64,000 nucleotides of DNA from the NCBI GenBank assembly GCA_965215185.1, contig OZ244034.1, forward strand, positions 1,248,001 to 1,312,000, given 5' to 3'. Of this stretch, positions 9,059 through 18,310 are shown in pieces. This DNA is from Acidimicrobiia bacterium (GTDB lineage: Bacteria; Actinomycetota; Acidimicrobiia; Spongiisociales; ZC4RG35). The notes below the pieces were generated by a model, which had not been told where the DNA came from, did no database searches, and saw only the letters and a program-made list of their open reading frames with translations. A program made the position numbers and the translations under genes. Each line of letters begins with the position of its first letter. Position 1 is the stretch's first letter.

Positions 9059-11473
9059 TCAGCCGGGGTTCTCGGGGTTGCCGAGCAAATCGGCGAGTCG
9101 GTGGAGGAAGGTGACTATCTGAGCCCGGCTGACGGTTCCGTCCGGACCGAACCGACCTTCGCCAACTCCTGAAGTGATACCGTAGGTGGCGGCCCAGCCG
9201 ATCGCCTGGTTGGCCGAGTGCGCCTGGGGAACATCTCCGAAGAAGTCGGCCCCGGATTTGCTGGTGAGCTTGCGTTGGTCGGTCCCGTCGGCATTCATCA
9301 GATAGACGTCGTGATGCCCATCCCCCCAACGCTGGAAGGCTATCTGGGTTCCGTCGGGCGACCAAGCGGGTGCGGCGTCGTAGTGGGTGTTGTCGGTCAG
9401 TTGGCGAAGACTTGTGCCGTCGGCATTCAGCACGAACACCTCTGCGTCACCGTCCCGATAGCTGGCGAAGGCGATCTGGGCGCCATCAGGCGACCAACTT
9501 GGACCGGTGTCATGTGCGGTGTTGGCAGTGAGCTGGTGAGGAAGGCTGCCGTCGGCATTCATCACAAACACCTCCTGATCGCCGTCTCGGTTGCTGGTGA
9601 AGGCAATCCGGGCGCCGTCAGGCGACCAACTCGGCGCCCCGTCGTAGTAGTCGTTGTAGGTGAGTTGCCGCAGGTTGGTCCCATCGGCGTTCATGACTAA
9701 CACCTCCCAGTCCCCGGGCTCTCCCGGGTCGTCAGCTTCCGGCCCCTCAATGGTGCTTTGTCCGCTTGGCAAATTGGGGCTGGGAAAGCGGCTCAACGTG
9801 ATCTGAGTTCCGTCTTCGCCACCGCCGCCAGAATCTCCTTGATAGGCGTCGTCAAAAAAGCTGATGAATACGATCTGAGTGCCGTCAGGCGACCAACTCG
9901 GCGCCGAGTTGCGGTGGTGGTTACTGGCTAGTTGCCGCTGGTCGACGCCGTCGGCGTCCATCACGAAGATCTCGTTATCTCTTACGAAGACGAGTCGAGT
10001 GCCGTCAGGCGACCAACTCGGCGCCCCGTCGTGGCGGTCGTTGTGAGTCAGTTGCCGCAAGTTGGCCCCGTCGAGGTCCATGACAAAGATCTCCCGGTCG
10101 CCATCTCGGTCACTGGTAAAGGCCACGAGGCCGTTCGTCATGGTGGGTGACATATTCCACCCGGTCATTTCCGTTTGACGATCCGTAGCAAGGTTCACAG
10201 TGTTAAGAAGCAGTGTGACGATCTCGGCGCGACTCACCGTTCCGTGAAGGCCGAAGGTTCCTTCACCGGTTCCGGTGATGATTCCGTTACTGACAGCCCA
10301 GCCGATCTCCTCCTCCGCCCAGTGCTCGGCGGGTACATCACTGAACATTTCCGAGCCAATGCTGGACACATGGGAAGACCAACCGGCGGTGGATGTCCAG
10401 TCTTGGTGGTCGTTGTCGGAGATCCGCCTTCGGTTGGCGCCGTCGGCGTCGATCACGAACACGTCGCCCTTCCCGTCAGTGCCTGTGAAGGCAATTCGGG
10501 CGCCGTCGGGCGACCAACTCGGGAGGAACGCCTGGTGGTCCTGATCGAACGTGAGTCTCTCTTGGTTGGCTCCGTTCGCCGCCATCAGGATCACCTCACC
10601 GCCGGTCTCCAACTCTCTGGCGAAAGCGATCCGGGTCCCGTCAGGCGACCAACTCGGGTAGCGGTCTAGGTGGTCGTTGTTAGTCAGTTGGCGCTGGTTG
10701 GTGCCGTCGGGGTTCATCACGAATATCTCGAAGTCTCCGTCTCGGTCGCTCTGGAAGGCCACCCGGGCGCCGTCAGGCGACCAGCTCGGGTAGGCGTCGT
10801 CCTGGGAGTTGTAGGTGAGTTGGCGCTGGTCCGTGCCGTCAACATTCATCACGAAGACCTCCGCGTCGCCGTCCAGATCGCTGGTGAAGGCGATCCGGGT
10901 CCCGTCGGGCGACCAACTAGGCGCTGTTTCAAAAGACTGATTGTGGGTAAGTTGACGTTGCTCGGCGCCATCGGCGTTCATTACGAATATCTCGAAGTCG
11001 CCATCTCGATCACTGGTGAAGGCGATGCGGGCGCCGTCGGGCGACCAGGCGGGAAGCCAGTCGGCACTGCGGGTGTTGTCGGTGAGTTGGCGCACATTGG
11101 AACCATCCGCGTTCATCAGATAGACCTCATAGTCACCGTCTCGATCGCTGGTGAAGGCGATGGTCCCGTCGTTGGGCCCAGCGGTGACCGGGTTGCCCTC
11201 GATGAGGTGGAAGGTGCGGTACAGAAAGGCGACGATCTGCGCTCGGGTAACGGTCCCGTTGGGGTCAAAGCGACCCTCCCCTACCCCCCGGGTGATGCTG
11301 TTGGCGACCGCCCACCCTATGGCCTGATCTGCCCAATGTCCGGCGGGGACATCATCGAAAGTGTCCGAACCCGGTTCCTGGCCGGCCGCGACGGTGGTCC
11401 CGAGCAGCGTCATCACCATCAGAATTGCCGCAGTAGCAAGTCTTTTCGGTTGGACCCAGTCTGCTTTGCGCAA
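9059..11473 (-). CDS. secreted SLH + TolB/PD40 beta-propeller protein
   Basis: Signal peptide; three F.DVP..HWA..AIGWA...TRA(Q/E)IV SLH units; ~11 WSPDG..IAF repeats. Confidence 0.9.
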   Translation of the reverse strand: MRKADWVQPKRLATAAILMVMTLLGTTVAAGQEPGSDTFDDVPAGHWADQAIGWAVANSITRGVGEGRFDPNGTVTRAQIVAFLYRTFHLIEGNPVTAGPNDGTIAFTSDRDGDYEVYLMNADGSNVRQLTDNTRSADWLPAWSPDGARIAFTSDRDGDFEIFVMNADGAEQRQLTHNQSFETAPSWSPDGTRIAFTSDLDGDAEVFVMNVDGTDQRQLTYNSQDDAYPSWSPDGARVAFQSDRDGDFEIFVMNPDGTNQRQLTNNDHLDRYPSWSPDGTRIAFARELETGGEVILMAANGANQERLTFDQDHQAFLPSWSPDGARIAFTGTDGKGDVFVIDADGANRRRISDNDHQDWTSTAGWSSHVSSIGSEMFSDVPAEHWAEEEIGWAVSNGIITGTGEGTFGLHGTVSRAEIVTLLLNTVNLATDRQTEMTGWNMSPTMTNGLVAFTSDRDGDREIFVMDLDGANLRQLTHNDRHDGAPSWSPDGTRLVFVRDNEIFVMDADGVDQRQLASNHHRNSAPSWSPDGTQIVFISFFDDAYQGDSGGGGEDGTQITLSRFPSPNLPSGQSTIEGPEADDPGEPGDWEVLVMNADGTNLRQLTYNDYYDGAPSWSPDGARIAFTSNRDGDQEVFVMNADGSLPHQLTANTAHDTGPSWSPDGAQIAFASYRDGDAEVFVLNADGTSLRQLTDNTHYDAAPAWSPDGTQIAFQRWGDGHHDVYLMNADGTDQRKLTSKSGADFFGDVPQAHSANQAIGWAATYGITSGVGEGRFGPDGTVSRAQIVTFLHRLADLLGNPENPG

Positions 11474-11556
11474 AACGTCCCTCGCGGTGTCAGTAATAAG
11501 TCCGTAGCGTATATGCAGACCTCACGATTGTCGTAGGGCAATAAACCGCCCTGGTT

Positions 11557-13848
11557 ATGGCCTGTTTACTGAAGGGGGGTCGAATAGTGAATGGGGTAAA
11601 GAGTTTGCCTCCTGACAGGTGGCGGATCGCCCATTCTCGGATGGGCTGGTTGCTGATCATGGCGGCCGGTGCGGTAGTCGTGGCCGTTGGAACGCCATCT
11701 CCGGTCACCGCCACCGCTGACGGATTCAGCGACATCGAGGAAGCGGGATCACATCGCCAAGCAGTGGAGAGGCTGGCGGAGGAAGGCGTTTTTGAGGGAA
11801 CCGAATGCTCTTCCGGCAAGTTCTGTCCGACTGAACCGATCGAGCGCTGGGTGATGGCTGTCTGGCTGGTGCGGATCCTGGACGATGCCGCACCCCCGGC
11901 CGTGGAATCGAGCAGGTTCTCCGACGTGGAACCCACCCAATGGTGGTCGCCCTACGTGGAACGGCTCGCCGATTTGGGAATAACCCGAGGATGCGCAACC
12001 CAACCGGACAGATTCTGCCCCACCGAGCCGGTTACCCGCGCCCAGGTGGCATCGTTTCTGGTGCGAGCCTTCCAACTACCGGCAGGACTGTCGGGACAAT
12101 TCGCCGACACCGCCGCCAGCACCTACGAGGCCGACATAAATGGGCTGGTGACCGCGGGGATAACTGTGGGCTGCGCAACCCAACCTGACAGATTCTGCCC
12201 AACGGCCAACACCACCCGCGCGCAAATGGCCACTTTCCTCACCCGCGCCCTCGACCGCCGGCACCCTCCGCAAGAGGAGGGCGATTTCATCTCGATCGCA
12301 GCCGGCGACTTTCATGCTTGCGGGCTACACGCCGACCGAACCGTCACCTGCTGGGGTAACGACTTCAACCACCAGGCGGAACCGCCGCCCGGTGAGTTCA
12401 CCTCGATCGCCACCGGAGGCTATCACTCGTGCGGTCTCCGGACCGACCAAACCGTGTCCTGCTGGGGATGGTATTACTACGGTCAGACTGAAGCTCCGAC
12501 CGGCAAGTTCACCGAACTGGCCGCCGGTCACAACTTCTCGTGCGGAATCGCGGCCGACCGGACCATCATCTGTTGGGGAGACAACACCCACGGTCAGATA
12601 GACCCGCCCGACGGGGAGTTCAACGCCATCGCAACCGGCACCACCCACGCATGCGGCATCCGCACCGACCGCACCATCGCCTGCTGGGGCAACAACACTT
12701 ACGGTCAGGCCATCTCACCCATCGGAGAGTTCATCGTGGTAGCAACAGGAGGGGCCCACAACTGCGGCATCCGCGATGACCGCACTCTCGCCTGCTGGGG
12801 AAACACCCGGGATGGACGAGCGGACCCGCCGGAGGGAGAATTCACCTCAATCGCCGCCGGTATCGACCATTCCTGCGCCATTCACACCGACGGGACCGCC
12901 ACCTGCTGGGGCAACAACGACGAAGGACAGGCCGCCCCGCCGGAGGAGACGTTCACCGCCATCACTGCCGGCTGGGATTACACCTGCGCACTGGGCGCCG
13001 ACCGCACCGTCACCTGCTGGGGCCAAAACGTATCCGCGGGAGGCATTCCCCCAAAAGGTCAGTTCACGAGCGTAAACGCCGGATCGTTTTACACCTGCGC
13101 TCTGGCCCGCGACGGCACCATCGTCTGCTGGGGGCACCCGGCGGGCGAATACGTGCCGCAAGGAAAGTTCGACGCCATCGCAACCGGAGGGCGGCACACT
13201 TGCGCACTGCGGAACGATCGCACCGTCACCTGCTGGGGATCGGACGAACACGGACAAGCCGACCCACCACAAGAGCCCTTCACTGCCCTGGCTGCCGGCT
13301 CCAGCCATACATGCGGACTACGCGCCGATCACACCATCACCTGCTGGGGTACCAATCAGAGCGGCCAGTCGGACGCTCCAGACGGACAATTCATCTCCAT
13401 GACCGCCGGTTGGCTCTTTTCTTGCGCCATTGGCAACGATCTCACCATCACCTGCTGGGGCCTGAACCGGGTCGGTCTGACCGACCCACCGCCCGGAGTA
13501 TTCCTCTCCATCTCCGCCGGGGAGCAGCACGCTTGCGGATTGCAGGCAGAGAGCGTGGTCTGCTGGGGCGACGACAGGTTCGGAGAGGCCAGCCCTCCCG
13601 ACGGGCAGTTCATCTCGGTCACCGCCGGAGGGAATCACTCGTGTGGATTGCGGGGCGACAGCACCCTGGAATGCTGGGGTCTCAACGACGTCGGCCAGGC
13701 CAGCCCGCCAGCCGGAAAGTTCATCTCGGTGACCACCGGATGGCAGCACTCTTGCGGAGTGCGTACTGACCTCACCATCCACTGCTGGGGTCATGCGCTG
13801 ATCATTCCCCCACCCGACGCCGTGCGATACGAGCCGTTGCGACATTAG
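11557..13848 (+). CDS. SLH + RCC1-like repeat protein
   Basis: SLH units with CATQPDRFCP..TRAQMA; ~14 repeats of F..IAAG..H.CG.R.D.T..CWG.N..GQ; start may be 11641. Confidence 0.9.
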   Translation: MACLLKGGRIVNGVKSLPPDRWRIAHSRMGWLLIMAAGAVVVAVGTPSPVTATADGFSDIEEAGSHRQAVERLAEEGVFEGTECSSGKFCPTEPIERWVMAVWLVRILDDAAPPAVESSRFSDVEPTQWWSPYVERLADLGITRGCATQPDRFCPTEPVTRAQVASFLVRAFQLPAGLSGQFADTAASTYEADINGLVTAGITVGCATQPDRFCPTANTTRAQMATFLTRALDRRHPPQEEGDFISIAAGDFHACGLHADRTVTCWGNDFNHQAEPPPGEFTSIATGGYHSCGLRTDQTVSCWGWYYYGQTEAPTGKFTELAAGHNFSCGIAADRTIICWGDNTHGQIDPPDGEFNAIATGTTHACGIRTDRTIACWGNNTYGQAISPIGEFIVVATGGAHNCGIRDDRTLACWGNTRDGRADPPEGEFTSIAAGIDHSCAIHTDGTATCWGNNDEGQAAPPEETFTAITAGWDYTCALGADRTVTCWGQNVSAGGIPPKGQFTSVNAGSFYTCALARDGTIVCWGHPAGEYVPQGKFDAIATGGRHTCALRNDRTVTCWGSDEHGQADPPQEPFTALAAGSSHTCGLRADHTITCWGTNQSGQSDAPDGQFISMTAGWLFSCAIGNDLTITCWGLNRVGLTDPPPGVFLSISAGEQHACGLQAESVVCWGDDRFGEASPPDGQFISVTAGGNHSCGLRGDSTLECWGLNDVGQASPPAGKFISVTTGWQHSCGVRTDLTIHCWGHALIIPPPDAVRYEPLRH

Positions 13849-13870
13849 CTCCAAGACGAGGGGGGTGTTT

Positions 13871-14986
13871 CTATCTTTTTGTCAAGTGGGTTTGGGGTGT
13901 TTTTTGGTGGCGGGTGGGGTTGTAGGGGGTTTTGGTTTTGAGCATGGCGAGGATTAGGTCGCAGCGGCGGCGGGCGACGCATATGACGGTGGCGTTGTGG
14001 TGTTTGCCTTCGGTTCGTTTGCGTTGGTAGTAGGTCTTGGCGGTGGGGTCGTGCTGTGAAGCGACGAACGCGGCGAGGCGTGCTCCGTTTAGGAAGCGGT
14101 GGGGGCTTCCTATCTCGGCGAGGGTACGGGCGCCGGTTCGCGGTCCGAACCCCGATAGGGTGTTCAGAATTTGGCCTAGGGGATGTTGCAGGTATACGTG
14201 TTCGATTGTGGTTGCCAGTTCGCGGCGTTGGGATTGGATTTGTTCCAGGTCGCCGAGCAGGTCGGCGATGACTTGTCCCCAGGCGCTTTCGGCGGGTAGG
14301 GTCACGGTTTGGGTGTTGACTGCTGTGAGTATTTGGGTGGTGAGTTTGGTGGCCAGTCGTGGGGAGCGTTTGTTGATGGCGTTGCGGATTTTGGTCTGTC
14401 CGGCGGTTTTCAGGGCGGTGGGTGTGGGCCATTTGGTTAGGGCGTCTCGTATGCCGGGTTGGGTGAGTCGGTGGCCGATTGTTCTTTCCAGGGCAGGTGA
14501 GACGGCTAATAGGGCATCTCGGCAACGGTTTATGGCCCGGTTGGCGTCTCCGGCTAGGTCTGCGTCTCGACCGTTCAATACCCGCAGGTGGAGCAGTAGT
14601 TCGTCGTTTGCTTCTATCCAGGTGAGACGGTCCGAATTGCGGCGGGCGTAGTCGGCCAGTACCCACGCGTCGCGGGGGTCGGTTTTGGCGGCGCCGGCGT
14701 ACAAGTCAGCCGCGCGGCGCATCACCAGACCACTGACATAGGCCACCGGAACCCTCTGCTGGGCCATAACCCCCAACAACAGCTGGGCGCCTGATGAGGT
14801 CATGTCGACTACTATCGCCACCCGACCATGAGCGGATGCCTGGTTGAGCATCGCCTCGATAGCGGCCTGGTCGTTGCTGACCGGCCGGGCGAACAACTCC
14901 ACACCTTGGGTGGTGATCGCCTGGGCGTAATGCTCGCCCTTGGCCATGTCCACCCCAACAAACACCTCGATCTCAGATTTGCTCAT
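13871..14986 (-). CDS. IS110 DEDD recombinase with internal deletion in the Tnp domain
   Basis: VGVDMAK, AKTDPRDA, YYQRKRTEGKHH..ARRRCD; the usual YAGLAP..SG..GN segment is missing. Confidence 0.85.
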   Translation of the reverse strand: MSKSEIEVFVGVDMAKGEHYAQAITTQGVELFARPVSNDQAAIEAMLNQASAHGRVAIVVDMTSSGAQLLLGVMAQQRVPVAYVSGLVMRRAADLYAGAAKTDPRDAWVLADYARRNSDRLTWIEANDELLLHLRVLNGRDADLAGDANRAINRCRDALLAVSPALERTIGHRLTQPGIRDALTKWPTPTALKTAGQTKIRNAINKRSPRLATKLTTQILTAVNTQTVTLPAESAWGQVIADLLGDLEQIQSQRRELATTIEHVYLQHPLGQILNTLSGFGPRTGARTLAEIGSPHRFLNGARLAAFVASQHDPTAKTYYQRKRTEGKHHNATVICVARRRCDLILAMLKTKTPYNPTRHQKTPQTHLTKR

Positions 14987-15039
14987 TCGGGAAACCGCCT
15001 TTCGATAAGACTCAAACCATCAAGATCGCCCCCCGGGCG

Positions 15040-15200
15040 CGGTTGCCGTCAACCACCTTACGAACCAGCCATCAAACTGTGTGCGTGTTTCTATTAGAGG
15101 TCAACAGCGCCCTGACACGGCGGGTGGCAACACCCCCCAGGCCATCTAGGTGACAGGGGGTAAAAGCCCTACCCGCCGTGGCGGGCGATCAGCCCCAAGC
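15040..15200 (-). ncRNA. putative IS110 bridge RNA
   Basis: Stem CACGGCGGGT/ACCCGCCGTG; second loop holds ATAGAAACAC (identical to right end) and GTAAGG (complement of left end CCTTAC); boundaries approximate. Confidence 0.65.
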
Positions 15201-15299
15201 ATCACACAAAGGGCCTACCAAACAAGGTAAGGGGGTGGCTCTCATGCATACCGACCAGCCCCCAATCCGGTTCCTGGAGACAGTTTGCAAGGTTTCCCG

Positions 15300-15391
15300 A
15301 ATTGTGGTGTCACCCCTCTCAAAATTGTGGTGTCCTCCCGAGACCCCCTATTAACCCGCAGGTCAGGGGTGGTCGCCAACTGCCCACCCAT
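15300..15391. repeat. terminal motif: 2x AA(T/C)TGTGGTGTC + CCCC-TTAA-CAGGTCAG
   Basis: Similar to 18042-18131 and partly to 15745-15792. Confidence 0.7.
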
Positions 15392-15611
15392 AGGACCTTG
15401 CGACTTATTTTAAATTGCCTTGCCATTTAGTTGCTGACAGGCCGGTTTTTCGGGTTTTGCCTTGGTTTTGGGGGGTTTTGCCCGTTTCGGGTGGTGTTGT
15501 GGTCTAGTTGAGGGCCATCTGGCGGGGGTCGGTTAGGTGTTTTTGGTTTTTCGGGCGGGCTGAAGCCGACAGTTGGTTTGTTGCTGTCGATGCTGAGTCT
15601 CCCGGGGTGTG
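15392..15611. repeat. ~220-bp mobile-element end, copy B
   Basis: Direct repeat of 5935-6155. Confidence 0.9.
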
Positions 15612-15796
15612 GGCGACTAGACCCCGAATACGAAGTGAACACTGTTCAAGCCGTCCGCAAAATAGCCAAAACCGCTGACGACAACTAACCCAGAAGCCGG
15701 GTGATTGTTCGGTGTCCCAGGGTCGGACTGCGAAACCTTCGGCCAAACCCCCATTTAAGCTCCAGGTCAGGGTATGGCAAACACCCTACGCTCCAG

Positions 15797-16210
15797 CTAA
15801 GGGAGCTTTTTCGGAATGGGTTTGTACAAAGCGTGGAACACTAAACATCGCGGTACTTCTAGGCTAAGGGCATCGCAAACGCTCATCCACGGGTCGCTCA
15901 GGTCCTGCCGCAAAACTATCTCCAGTTTCGTGTCACTGCTGACCGGCATGGCAGCCACCGTGGAGAGCGTGCGGTAACTGTAATCGGCGGGGTGTGACAT
16001 ATTTGGTCCCAAGTCACTCAAAGCCTGCAACGGCGCATCTATCAAAGCAAGTATTGCTTCCTTTGTAACGCCCCATTTGTCAGCCGTGTCATCAAAATCC
16101 AATCGCACATCATCAAGATCTGGCCAGTACACTTCCCCTCTGTCGGTAACAACATTCAGTATGGGGTCGGGTGGTCGCTTATAGAGACCCCAAAAGTAGT
16201 AACAAGGCAT
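15797..16210 (-). CDS. hypothetical protein, possible BrnT/RelE-like toxin
   Basis: ADKWGVTKEAI...LEIV...LVFHAL pattern; start uncertain. Confidence 0.4.
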   Translation of the reverse strand: MPCYYFWGLYKRPPDPILNVVTDRGEVYWPDLDDVRLDFDDTADKWGVTKEAILALIDAPLQALSDLGPNMSHPADYSYRTLSTVAAMPVSSDTKLEIVLRQDLSDPWMSVCDALSLEVPRCLVFHALYKPIPKKLP

Positions 16211-16252
16211 ACCCGCGTCGGGTCATAACGGCCCTTCCGAACAGCCAGTACG

Positions 16253-16606
16253 CTATTGTGGTTGCAGAATCGGAATGTCGTCGGGTACCTGCTCAGGCGG
16301 CCAGTAAGGAAGGCGGTCCAACAAATAACCACGGTACAGGCGCAACACGAAGTCTCGCTTATCTTCGGGAAATCCGCATCTTTCCATGATGTCATCAAGC
16401 GTAGCTGTGAACAGGTCGATCCCCACTGATTCACCCGTCACTTTATGAGGTATACACACCCAAGGATCGGGTGGGTTTTTCGCTACGATATCTCTGTAGT
16501 AGTCAAAGTCCGGACCATACGCCTGCCTGTCGTTCTCAGCGACCGCACGAAAAAGATCCTCTACCACCTCATCGCTCACAGGCTGAGCTTGCCGCTTCAA
16601 GACCAT
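16253..16606 (-). CDS. hypothetical acidic protein (117 aa), upstream partner of 15797-16210
   Basis: ATG at 16606 MVLKRQAQPVSDEVV...; a decayed paralog lies at 17063-17287. Confidence 0.6.
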   Translation of the reverse strand: MVLKRQAQPVSDEVVEDLFRAVAENDRQAYGPDFDYYRDIVAKNPPDPWVCIPHKVTGESVGIDLFTATLDDIMERCGFPEDKRDFVLRLYRGYLLDRLPYWPPEQVPDDIPILQPQ

Positions 16607-17062
16607 AGCCCTTGCAGTATACGTCGCTTTAGCGGATCGAGGCGCTGCGTTTGGAGAGAGCAACCACCGGCGAATGACCCCAGGGCAGAGTTTGCGCCAC
16701 AGAGCCAGTTTCGTTCCCGCCTTGCTGGTGAGCGACCGTCGGCGACTGCGCCAAACGGACAAGAGGCCCGAAGTTCGGGTGGCCTGTCGGTCTGGAGGCC
16801 AGTTGCCCACCACCCGCAGAGGCACCCAAAGGCGTAGACAACCGGGCGATTGAAGCTAGATCTTTTGAGGTTGTGAAGCACAGGCAGTGCCAACGCTCCG
16901 ACGGTAGGAACAGCGCTACAGGGCGTTTGCTGCTGCTCGGTTGCCCGTGAGTGGTGACGCTTGCCGGGCAACGCTTAGCTTCTACAACGCCGGGCACACT
17001 GCGAAGGGGAAGGGATCTCTATATTGTTATGTCTATGTGTACCTGGTGTGCAAACGAGAAGA

Positions 17063-17287
17063 TTGAGTGACACCGTAGAGCGCCGACCACTAAGCGACAA
17101 CGTTCAACGCAGTTTGGCAGCCGAAGCCGCTCTAATAGACGAGGAGGGATCTTTAGGCACTTAGGACACCTCCTATCCGGTTCCACATCAGCGCGACATA
17201 GACAGGCTGGTTGTGTTTGACCTGTCCACGGTCACTATTGATGACATCATCACCTAGTGCGGATACACCGAGAGCCAGAGTGCCTAA
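17063..17287 (+). pseudogene. decayed inverted paralog of 16253-16606
   Basis: VPHQ...FDLSTVTIDDIIT*CGY aligns to IPHK...IDLFTATLDDIMERCGF; two in-frame TAG stops. Confidence 0.55.
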
Positions 17288-17304
17288 CTCACCGGAATCC
17301 ACCG

Positions 17305-17760
17305 TTAGGAGAGGATTCGCAGGTTTCCTCGGCGATCGCGTTCGGCCACGGCCACGCCGTGCAGACGGTTGGGAGTGTTGTGTGGTTTGGCTAGGCAAAC
17401 GACCTGGGTGGGGCCAATCCTGGCTTGGTGGTCGTAGTGCATGTGGCCACAGGCGTGGATACGGGGCCGCAGCTTCAGGGCGAGTTGCCGAAGAGACGGA
17501 TCCCCCACCGGTATGCCTGCCTGGTTGGTGCCCACATCCGACGGCCAATCGTGAGTCAGTAACACGTCGACCCTTCCGTGGTAACGGCGAGCGGCACGGG
17601 TGAGTTGTTCCAACTCAGACCGGTGCCAGTAGGTCCGTTGCTTGGCGTCGTTGCGTTTCGGTTCCGGGGTGTCGCTGTAATTCGGCGAGTAGATACCCGA
17701 CAAGAACCCGACATTTACTTTCCGGACTTTGGTGATACCCGGCCTTTTCGGACGATGGAC
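17305..17760 (-). pseudogene. calcineurin-like metallophosphoesterase, C-terminal fragment
   Basis: VGFLSGIY, DVLLTHDWP and IHACGHMH; N-terminal GDxH/GNHE motifs absent. Confidence 0.65.
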
Positions 17761-18041
17761 CTACTCCCACCAAGAGGGCGCTACAAAGATGGGTCTTGGT
17801 CTTAAGTGGACTCATGGTGTGGCTATTGGGTTCGTTGCTGCTTTTGAGATGGTGGTTCGGCCCTGCTGGCGAAGAAATCCAAGCAGCCCTATTGGACTGG
17901 GTGCGGCAGTTGCTGAGTGGATAGGAGTTTCCCCGCAGCCCAGACCTCCACGTTCCTACCAGCCCCCGCTGCGGTTCCATCTTTAGGTGGGGACAAACTG
18001 GCCACCCCAAGCCCGATCCCTCCCTTTACGGGAGCTCACGC

Positions 18042-18171
18042 AACTGTGGTGTCCTCCCCTTATAACTGTGGTGTCCTCCCCGAACCCCCTCTTAATCCCC
18101 AGGTCAGAAGTGGTGGCAAACATCCCGCTATGGGTTGTCAGCCCGTTCCGTGAAGAGGCGCTGGGTGGTGT
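18042..18171. repeat. terminal motif copy followed by ~40 bp of the DDE transposase 3' end
   Basis: AACTGTGGTGTCCTCCCC x2 and CCAGGTCAG; 18132-18171 matches 6173-6212. Confidence 0.7.
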
Positions 18172-18310
18172 CAAATTTGGCTTGTCACCCGTCACCTTCC
18201 AGTATTCTGACAGCATACCAAAACACGAAATCAACAAGATCAAGAAACAAGTCATGAAACACGAAGCGTTTTTCTTGGAAAAATGGCAGGAGTTTTTCGG
18301 TGATTTCTGA
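18172..18310 (+). pseudogene. DUF4160 protein, C-terminal fragment
   Basis: KFGLSPV...EINKIKKQV..HEAFFLEKWQEFFG; overlaps start of the DUF2442 gene. Confidence 0.65.

Larger units (their letters stand above)
13861..15235 (-). mobile_element. IS110-family element
   Basis: Transposase plus ~250-bp upstream non-coding end; ends read CCCCCTTACCTTG (left) and ATAGAAACACCCCC (right) on minus strand. Confidence 0.85.

Noticed and set aside
9218-11536. Long antisense and alternative-frame ORFs over PD40/RCC1 genes, here and throughout the ORF track
   Set aside because: Shadow ORFs expected in high-GC repetitive coding DNA; no motifs
15300-15340. TGTGGTGTC direct repeats as a mini-CRISPR
   Set aside because: Only two ~13-18-bp copies with 4-6-bp gaps; more like protein-binding sites
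17063-17287. In-frame TAG codons as stop-codon reassignment
   Set aside because: TAG terminates many intact genes here (e.g. uppP, FmdB); ordinary pseudogenisation is simpler
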